This document shows positions 1 to 5,291 of a DNA stretch of 7,566 bases, piece after piece. A program made the translations under genes and the position numbers. The DNA is from Raphidiopsis brookii D9 (GTDB lineage: Bacteria; Cyanobacteriota; Cyanobacteriia; Cyanobacteriales; Nostocaceae), in contig ACYB01000043.1 in assembly GCA_000175855.1 (NCBI GenBank), positions 1 to 7,566 on the forward strand, read 5' to 3'. The notes beneath the pieces were generated by a model. It saw nothing but the letters and a program-made list of their open reading frames with translations. It made no database searches and was not told where the DNA came from. The stretch's first letter is position 1, and each line of letters opens with the position of its first letter.

Positions 1-375
1 AGTTACTGAATAGTAGTACATTTTCTGTAGGGCAGTTTTGCCCTGTTTTTCTATTGTCACTTCCTCAATACGTTCATAATCCTTAATTTTTGTTGGCGTA
101 GACCTCTCTTCCTTAAAAGACTGATAAGTGAAATCAAATAAAGATTTTATTCCTTCCCAATTTATAGTTAACTTAACTCCATGTTGATCCAGATCACTCA
201 ATTCAAGTATTAAATTTCCCCTGTCTTCAAACCCAGGTTGTTTAAATAATTCCTGAACCATTAGTACCAGACCTGCAAGTCCCGCACGATGTTGACAAGA
301 AGGTAATTCAGTTAACTGGTAACACAATTCAATTACAACTGATTTTAAGTCTGGTTTTACATTTTGTTTGTTCAT
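1..375 (-). CDS. 5' part (125 codons, open to the window edge) of a probable Cascade large-subunit gene (Cas8/Cmx1-like)
   Basis: My manual minus-strand translation from ATG 375-373 gives MNKQNVKPDLKSVVIELCYQLTELPSCQHRAGLAGLVLMVQELFKQPGFEDRGNLILELSDLDQHGVKLTINWEG...YYYSVT with no stop down to base 1. It is missing from the ORF track because it runs off the window. The start overlaps the cas3 stop (ATGA, 375-372). The position directly after cas3 and the HRAGLAGL-type N-terminus resemble my recollection of Cmx1-type large subunits. The family assignment is recall plus synteny, not an alignment. Confidence 0.5.
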   Translation of the reverse strand, partial: MNKQNVKPDLKSVVIELCYQLTELPSCQHRAGLAGLVLMVQELFKQPGFEDRGNLILELSDLDQHGVKLTINWEGIKSLFDFTYQSFKEERSTPTKIKDYERIEEVTIEKQGKTALQKMYYYSVT

Positions 376-1604
376 GTTCCGTATCCATATTTCTGGCAAT
401 AATACTTGCTATCGGCGATCGCCAAATATTTGGGTAAATCATCCGGGCGATTTTGTGCATAAGACCGAGCTATTTTTTGAGGAATAGGTAAAACATAACC
501 CTCAGCATCAGGATCTTTATTTTCCCTGAGTTTTAAAAATTTGTCTATATCGGTATCTAAAACTGCATTAGTAGAATAATCATCCGTCTCTCGGAAAGAT
601 TCAGAAGTTGCCCAATATCCAGCTTCTACAAAATAGCTAGAAGCTTCTATTCGTTCTCGCGGGGAATGGTTTTCTAGTTGTTGAGCTAATTGTTTTTGAG
701 AGACTATACCCTGCACATCACAAATAAAATTTTTAGCACTTGTAATTTCCTCTTTATTATAGGGTTTGACATTAGGTGGTTCATAAATCCAGATTTGAGA
801 ATGTTCTATAAGTCCATGACGGTTAGATCTACCAAACCGTTGAACCATTGATGAAATTGGTGCTATCTCTGTAATTAAAACATCCGCATCCAAATCTAAA
901 GACATTTCACAAACTTGAGTAGTAACAGCAATCACACTTTGTTTTTGAGATTGAAAAGCATTAACTGTCTGCTGATGTTTATCCTTTCGGTCTTTTAATG
1001 TAAACCGACTGTGATAAACAATAATTCCAGTATTGTCTCCCAATATACTTTCCAGTTCCCTCGCCTTTTGACGACATCTGTCAATAGTGTTCACTACCCA
1101 GAGCACTCGTTTACCTTGTTTAAAAGCCAAAATAGCCTCAGTCTCAGCAATAGCCTGATCGCAGGAGCTTATTAAGTATCTAGGTCGATTTTCCGCCTTC
1201 TCTAACTCTTCCATTTCCTGTTTTTCTTCTGTGGGAAATACAGCCAATGCTAAACCTAGCTGTTTTTTTTCCAAGTCTGAGGTTAAAGCCTTCTTTCTCG
1301 AAGTAGATAATGTTGCAGTCATACATAAAACGGGAATATCAAAATGCTCTAAGAAACTGAGTAAAGACTCAAACATTTTCGGAGAAAAACTGTGAACTTC
1401 ATCAATAACTACCACAGAATCAGCCAAAACTGGTAACAAAACTAAGCCACTATAACTATGACTTAAAAAAGAAAAGAAACTGGTCAACAGTAGCTGAAAA
1501 AAAACGCTTTCCCCAAAAACCCAAAGCATAAAGACGCTCATTCGTGGTGAAATCCTTACCTTCTGTTGATTCAGAAGGATTTTCAAACATGGCCTTGAGT
1601 TCAT
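372..1604 (-). pseudogene. cas3: Cas3 fragment (frame segment E): helicase motifs II-VI and the C-terminal domain. Only the part downstream of ~1467 is genuine coding sense.
   Basis: From ...FLSHSYSGLVLLPVLADSVVVIDEVH (DExH), MTATL, VLWVVNTIDRCRQ, VYHSRFTLKDR, VTTQVCEMSLDLDADVLITEIAPISSMVQRFGRSNRHG. The first ~45 residues of the listed ORF (MNSRPCLKILL...) are out-of-frame readthrough of segment D. Confidence 0.8.
415..422. repeat. HIP1 octamer GCGATCGC (extended form GGCGATCGCC, 414-423)
   Basis: Exact match read in the sequence. HIP1 is a highly iterated palindrome characteristic of many cyanobacterial genomes. Confidence 0.9.
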
Positions 1605-1656
1605 AAGGTGCTGTTCCCGTTAACAGACTACCATCAGTTTCCGGACACCATGACAC
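1456..1656 (-). pseudogene. cas3: Cas3 fragment (frame segment D): helicase motifs Ia to Ic
   Basis: The frame is open upstream of the listed Met to ~1702 and reads LYPTRGTATEGFKDYVSWCPETDGSLLTGTAPYE...FWGKRFFSATVDQF. The stop at 1456 follows a 1-nt shift in the A-rich tract 1465-1479. Confidence 0.7.
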
Positions 1657-1702
1657 ATAATCCTTAAATCCCTCCGTAGCCGTTCCCCTTGTTGGATATA
1701 AA

Positions 1703-1837
1703 AAATTACACGACCAACAGCATAATGTTTAACAATACCTTGCTGCCATTTATAGGCAAAAATGGTCTTACCTGTTCCACATCCACTAAGTAACAACAAC
1801 CGTGAATTTAACCCAGTAGCTTTTTGCTGGAACTTTT
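1703..1837 (-). pseudogene. cas3: Cas3 fragment (frame segment C) carrying helicase motif I. It is not listed in the ORF track.
   Basis: My manual translation of the third minus frame gives KKFQQKATGLNSRLLLLSGCGTGKTIFAYKWQQGIVKHYAVGRVIF, with Walker A GTGKT encoded at about 1765-1779. Sense is lost after the A6 run 1700-1705 and resumes in the next frame as LYPTRGTATEGF. Confidence 0.7.
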
Positions 1838-2415
1838 TTTAATTCAAAGAGCTTGCCTGTTTTCTTTTCAATCTGTTGGTAACGAGGTTGCAGAATTTTA
1901 TTTTCAATTTCCTCCGGTGTTATTGGTTCCCTATGTAAAGTTTCCATAACCCATTGATCAATGGTATCAGAACCCTGAGTACGAAAAACTCCTGATGCAA
2001 CCGAGTCAGCAACTATTAAACCAGATTTTACCCCTAATAATAAACTACGACGTTGAGAGTTTCTTCTAATTTCATAATTTAAATCATCAGCTGCATCCCT
2101 AATCCTATTATAAACAGACTGCCATATCTTATCTGTAATCCTCAATTGAGAGGGCAATTTGGGAATTCCCCTTAAACTAACCAGTTGTGAACTAACTAAT
2201 TGTGCCACCCTCATTAAAATTGCTTCTATTTGAGGATGTTCTAAATAAAGTTTAACTTCCTGCACACAAGTGCGCGATCGCCCAAAAGGTTTAACGGAAC
2301 CTTTTTCAGCAGGAGATGCTTGTAAATGATGACATAATACCGATGCTGTTATCACATCCAAATCTAGTTTGCTAGGCTCTAGCCATTGAATCATAGAAGG
2401 GAAGTAAATAATCAA
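1786..2415 (-). pseudogene. cas3: Cas3 fragment (frame segment B): rest of the HD domain plus the linker to the helicase
   Basis: The open frame extends upstream of the listed Met to ~2454 and reads KISQALRHEWISALIIYF..., joining the preceding ORF at the T7 run 2451-2457. It contains CHHL and GLIVADSVASG (HD motifs). It ends ...GKLFELKK, where the sense moves to another frame at T7 1834-1840. Confidence 0.75.
2274..2281. repeat. HIP1 octamer GCGATCGC
   Basis: Exact match read in the sequence (tgcGCGATCGCcc). Confidence 0.9.
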
Positions 2416-2428
2416 AGCACTAATCCAC

Positions 2429-3358
2429 TCATGACGTAAAGCCTGACTGATTTTTTTCCCCTTTTATCAAGGCATCAAACTCCTCATTAGCTTTGCCAAT
2501 ATCATGAAATAGAGCCGCAACTCTCATATGTATCAGAAACTGCTGGGGATCTTGAATTTTAAAAAAGCGACACCAGTTGCGCAGGATCCTATCTTTAAAC
2601 ACTGCCAAAACTGCCACCTCTGTATCTTTGAGATGCTGCTCTAGAGTCAGAAGTTCACGACCAGAAACTGCACTCTTAGCTAATAAGTTGTGTGGCATCA
2701 TACTTAGTCTGATAATAAGTTTTTTATTCGGGACATTAGGATAAAAAACACCGCATCCCAGTCGACGTTTACCACCCAGTCCACTAACCTGTAACTTAAT
2801 TGAATCTTCCTCTGTTAAATCAGAAACCATCACAGTAAACCCTACAATCGTGTAACTTCTTTTTTGAATGGGCTTATTAATTTTCAATGTCAACCGTTTA
2901 GGTTCTCCCTGATGATTAGCCAAGATACCAAGGTTAGCATGAATTTCTAAGGATTCTAACTGCCTATTGGCGGCTTGTAGAAAAGACATTGGTTCAGTAT
3001 AGCCTTTAATAGTAACTAGCCTAGACTTTAGGGATTCACATCCCTGTATAGTTTCTAATTTGGGGCTTCCTAAGCTTATTTGATATTCTCCAACAGTTAA
3101 AGTTTGCCCCACTAAAGGATAGACCAAAGATATAGCATCCACTGGAATTCTTAGAAAAAAACGCGAACTGGAAGTTAGACTAATACTTCCTTGTTGGTCG
3201 GGAATGCCCGATATAGTATTAATTGCTAGTCCCTGGAGATTATGCAGTTCAGGAATCTTCCGGCAAAGACTCCCTAAAAGTCTATAATTATGGTCGGCAT
3301 GAAGTTTTGTTCCCTTTACAGGAAACACCAACTGAACCAGTGATATCATAGTCGTCAT
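2429..3358 (-). CDS. cas6: Cas6-family crRNA endoribonuclease domain (Cmx6 / I-MYXAN-like, residues ~1-215) reading in frame into the first ~90 residues of the Cas3 HD domain. It ends at a frameshift-induced stop.
   Basis: This is the 309-aa track ORF. The N-terminus LVQLVFPVKGTKLHADHNYRLLGSL, the block SRLVTIKGYTEP..FLQAANRQL and the C-terminal glycine-rich loop LQVSGLGGKRRLGCGVFYP are typical of Cas6/Cmx6 RAMPs. It is followed by MMPHNLLAKS...LTLEQHLKDT...AALFHDIGKANEEF, which looks like a Cas3 HD N-terminus. Confidence 0.8.
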   Translation of the reverse strand: MTTMISLVQLVFPVKGTKLHADHNYRLLGSLCRKIPELHNLQGLAINTISGIPDQQGSISLTSSSRFFLRIPVDAISLVYPLVGQTLTVGEYQISLGSPKLETIQGCESLKSRLVTIKGYTEPMSFLQAANRQLESLEIHANLGILANHQGEPKRLTLKINKPIQKRSYTIVGFTVMVSDLTEEDSIKLQVSGLGGKRRLGCGVFYPNVPNKKLIIRLSMMPHNLLAKSAVSGRELLTLEQHLKDTEVAVLAVFKDRILRNWCRFFKIQDPQQFLIHMRVAALFHDIGKANEEFDALIKGEKNQSGFTS

Positions 3359-3457
3359 CTTATTCTTTTGTTATCAAAACCCCGCGCTCAATAGCTTTTG
3401 CGGATGTAATCAATAAAGACTGGACTTTTGGAAAAGTCACATTCATTTTACTTTCAT

Positions 3458-3486
3458 ACTTTAGCAAATATTTTGAGAGTTGTCAA
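3458..3486 (-). promoter_or_regulatory. Candidate sigma70-type promoter for the cas6-cas3 / interference operon
   Basis: On the minus strand: TTGACA (3486-3481), a 17-nt spacer (actctcaaaatatttgc), then TAAAGT (3463-3458). It lies ~100 nt upstream of ATG 3358. A small palindrome TAACTA-N6-TAGTTA (3501-3518) lies just upstream of the -35. This is a motif match only. Confidence 0.4.
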
Positions 3487-3563
3487 CCCCAGCATGCCAC
3501 TAACTATACAATTAGTTACATTTATTATCAATGATCCGGGAATATTAAAACCATAATTATTCC

Positions 3564-4535
3564 TTACATTTGATAATTTTTCATTAATTGTTCAACTTCA
3601 GACTTCACCAAATCTACTAATTCAGGTGGTTCTTTTACTACTGCACCTCCTCCATATCCCAACACCCATCTTTTCAAATCATTTAGTCCTGCTACTTCCA
3701 TCTCCAAAGTTATAGATCCATCAGTATGTTCCTCAACTTTTTGAGTTTTATGCCAACGTCTCTCTATTATATATGGACTTGTGGATCGACTAAACCAGAT
3801 TTTTACTAACTTCGCCTCTCCAGTTCCAACCTCTATTTGAAATGTTTTACCCAGATATTCTTGAACATTAAAGGTTTTATCTCTGATAAAGCTACTATTT
3901 AATAATTTCAATTTTTTGATTCTATCTACCCGAAAGTAGCGCATATCTTGTCTGTTGTGACAAAATCCGATCATATAATAATTTGTACCTCTATCAATAC
4001 GCAAAACATAGGGATCTATGATTCTTTGTGAAACCTGATCGCGACTTGCCGTGTAGTATTCTATTTTTACTCTTACAGTCTGATTAACTGCTTTTACTAA
4101 GCTATGACAGATTTCAGTATCAAGATGGGTTTCTGCTCCCCCGGTAAAAATAATTCTTTGCTCTCCTACTTCTTCTCTATTAATTCGGATTTTATCCGGT
4201 ATTCTTTCACTTAAACGCAAAATTGCGGAATCTAAATCGTCCACATAAGCACTGCCAGTATAAGATTCGAGCATTTTTGCTCCTAGCATTATCGCAGACA
4301 GTTCTCTCATAGACAGATTAATACTAGGCAATCGCCATTCCGAGTCTGTATAGTGATGTCCCTTAACAGAACAAAACGCTAGGGGAGCATTGAATCGGTC
4401 ACGCAAGAATGCCAAATCATTGCGTATTGTGCGGTCACTAACCTCCAATCTTTCTGCCATCTGCTGGGTTGTAAATCTGGTTCGCTCTCTAATCATTGAG
4501 TCTATTTCCAGTAGTCTTTCCAAATGTCTTGACAT
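3564..4535 (-). CDS. WYL-domain transcriptional regulator (N-terminal winged HTH, central WYL domain, C-terminal WCX-like extension); CRISPR-associated by position
   Basis: This is the 323-aa ORF. GGAG lies 7 nt upstream of the ATG. The HTH region reads FTTQQMAERLEVSDRTIRNDLAFLRDRF. The WYL-domain core reads VKIEYYTASRDQVSQRIIDPYVLRIDRGTNYYMIGFCHNRQDMRYFRVDRIKKL. The C-terminus reads LKRWVLGYGGGAVVKEPPELV. Confidence 0.85.
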   Translation of the reverse strand: MSRHLERLLEIDSMIRERTRFTTQQMAERLEVSDRTIRNDLAFLRDRFNAPLAFCSVKGHHYTDSEWRLPSINLSMRELSAIMLGAKMLESYTGSAYVDDLDSAILRLSERIPDKIRINREEVGEQRIIFTGGAETHLDTEICHSLVKAVNQTVRVKIEYYTASRDQVSQRIIDPYVLRIDRGTNYYMIGFCHNRQDMRYFRVDRIKKLKLLNSSFIRDKTFNVQEYLGKTFQIEVGTGEAKLVKIWFSRSTSPYIIERRWHKTQKVEEHTDGSITLEMEVAGLNDLKRWVLGYGGGAVVKEPPELVDLVKSEVEQLMKNYQM

Positions 4536-4661
4536 GTATATACTCCATATATATTTCCTTATCTTAGTGAAAAGGATAAACTAAGCACCCGGCAAAAAAC
4601 TTTCCGCCTCAAAAAAATTCTCACGAGTTAACATAGTTTTATCTATCTTAATACTTTTTAT

Positions 4662-5135
4662 GTGCTCAACACCTAATGGCATCAAAGGTTTAAACACATG
4701 GGTACTGGTCAAATCTATCCCAAAATCCCCCACGTGCTCAACGCCTAATGGCATCAAAGGTTTAAACACTAATAGACGAAGCTGCTAGCGTTGTTGTTGC
4801 TGGTAAGTGCTCAACGCCTAATGGCATCAAAGGTTTAAACACGCCATCTATTACTGCTGTATGTTGAACAAACTTTACGTGTGCTCAACGCCTAATGGCA
4901 TCAAAGGTTTAAACACTGCTTAGAGAGGGAGCAGCACAAGAATCAGCATTGGAGTGCTCAACGCCTAATGGCATCAAAGGTTTAAACACTGTCAGAAGCT
5001 CTAATAGGAACAACAAACCATTCGTGTGCTCAACGCCTAATGGCATCAAAGGTTTAAACACGAGATTGATTTTTTGAATCTCGCGAGATTGATTTTTTGG
5101 TGCTCAACGCCTAATGGCATCAAAGGTTTAAACAC
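4662..5135 (-). CRISPR. CRISPR array with 7 repeats of 36 nt and 6 unique spacers, inferred to be transcribed on the minus strand
   Basis: The plus-strand repeat is GTGCTCAACGCCTAATGGCATCAAAGGTTTAAACAC (minus sense GTGTTTAAACCTTTGATGCCATTAGGCGTTGAGCAC). Repeats start at 4662, 4734, 4807, 4881, 4954, 5026 and 5100. Spacers are 36, 37, 38, 37, 36 and 38 nt. Six repeats are identical. The repeat at 4662 has G>A at 4671, as expected for a leader-distal terminal repeat. Confidence 0.97.
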
Positions 5136-5162
5136 AGCGGTGGCTGAAACCCTTATTGTAAA

Positions 5163-5203
5163 GGTATTCTTTCCTAATTATACAAGCATCAAATTTTAAA
5201 TGC
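5163..5203 (-). repeat. Decayed CRISPR-repeat relic (D1) inside the leader
   Basis: The minus-sense sequence GCATTTAAAATTTGATGCTTGTATAATTAGG aligns to the repeat GTGTTTAAACCTTTGATGCCATTAGG. The shared blocks TTTAAA (6/6), TTTGATGC (8/8) and ATTAGG (6/6) occur in the correct order. There is a 1-nt deletion, and a 7-nt stretch TTGTATA replaces C20. The 3'-handle part (5163-5172) is unrecognisable. Confidence 0.6.
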
Positions 5204-5205
5204 AA
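5177..5205 (-). promoter_or_regulatory. Candidate promoter of the CRISPR array
   Basis: On the minus strand: TTGCAT (5205-5200), a 17-nt spacer, then a perfect TATAAT (5182-5177) with TG directly upstream. The -10 box ends ~41 nt upstream of the first repeat. This is a motif match only. Confidence 0.45.
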
Positions 5206-5291
5206 GAGATTCACTCAAATTGTCCTCCCAACTGAATTTTCAATCCCCGATAAATTTCCTCAATCACTTGCTATGAATGGTTTTCAGACTA

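Larger units (their letters stand above)
372..3358 (-). pseudogene. cas3: cas6-cas3 fused gene (Cas6 RAMP domain + Cas3 HD nuclease + SF2 helicase + C-terminal domain) interrupted by four single-nucleotide frameshifts
   Basis: Protein sense continues colinearly across five frame segments. The order is: Cas6 G-rich loop GLGGKRRLGCG; HD motifs FHDIGKANEEF, RHEWISA, CHHL, IVADSVAS; helicase motifs GCGTGKT (I), LYPTRGTATEGF (Ia), ATVDQF (Ic), VIDEVH (II), MTATL (III), HSRF, TTQVCEMSLDLD (V), QRFGRSNR (VI). The frame switches lie at T7 2451-2457, T7 1834-1840, A6 1700-1705 and A6 1465-1470 (or A4 1472-1475). Undoing them (+1, +1, -1, +1) gives 2985 nt, a 994-aa ORF. Confidence 0.8.

Noticed and set aside
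1470-1604. The ATG at 1604 as a genuine start of a stand-alone 410-aa helicase, and likewise Met 2415 and Met 1656 as genuine starts
   Set aside because: The sequence upstream of each of these Met codons continues Cas3 sense in an adjacent frame. The residues between the listed starts and the frameshift points are out-of-frame nonsense.
1456-2457. Programmed ribosomal frameshifting or transcriptional slippage as the explanation for the cas3 frame changes
   Set aside because: Four separate events in different directions (three +1, one -1) would all have to be corrected in the same molecule. The tracts are only 6-7 nt, and longer runs in the same gene are in frame. No stimulatory structures were seen. 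Mutation or sequencing error is far more likely.
3376-3403. Hairpin CCGC-AAAA-GCU-AUUG-AGC-GCGG followed by GGUUUUG in the 5' UTR of cas6-cas3, as a possible attenuator or terminator
   Set aside because: It has only 7 bp, with a 4-nt bulge and a short U-tract. That is too weak to call from sequence alone.
4390-4584. The 64-aa plus-strand ORF from the track
   Set aside because: It lies antisense within the 5' end of the well-supported WYL regulator gene. It has low-complexity composition, no RBS and no recognisable motif.
4581-4769. The 62-aa minus-strand ORF from the track, with the repeated peptide FKPLMPLGVEH
   Set aside because: It is simply the translation of two CRISPR repeats and the spacer between them. 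The internal peptide repeat mirrors the DNA repeat, so it is not a gene.
4698-5099. Self-targeting spacers, meaning matches to other parts of this window
   Set aside because: Visual comparison of the six spacers with the rest of the window on both strands showed no extended match. A genome-wide search was not possible here.
4662-5135. Plus-strand transcription of the array from a leader at 4536-4661
   Set aside because: I found no good -35/-10 pair facing the array from that side. The plus-sense repeat folds poorly, and the variant repeat is at that end. The repeat relics on the opposite flank remain the only argument in its favour; see the orientation finding.
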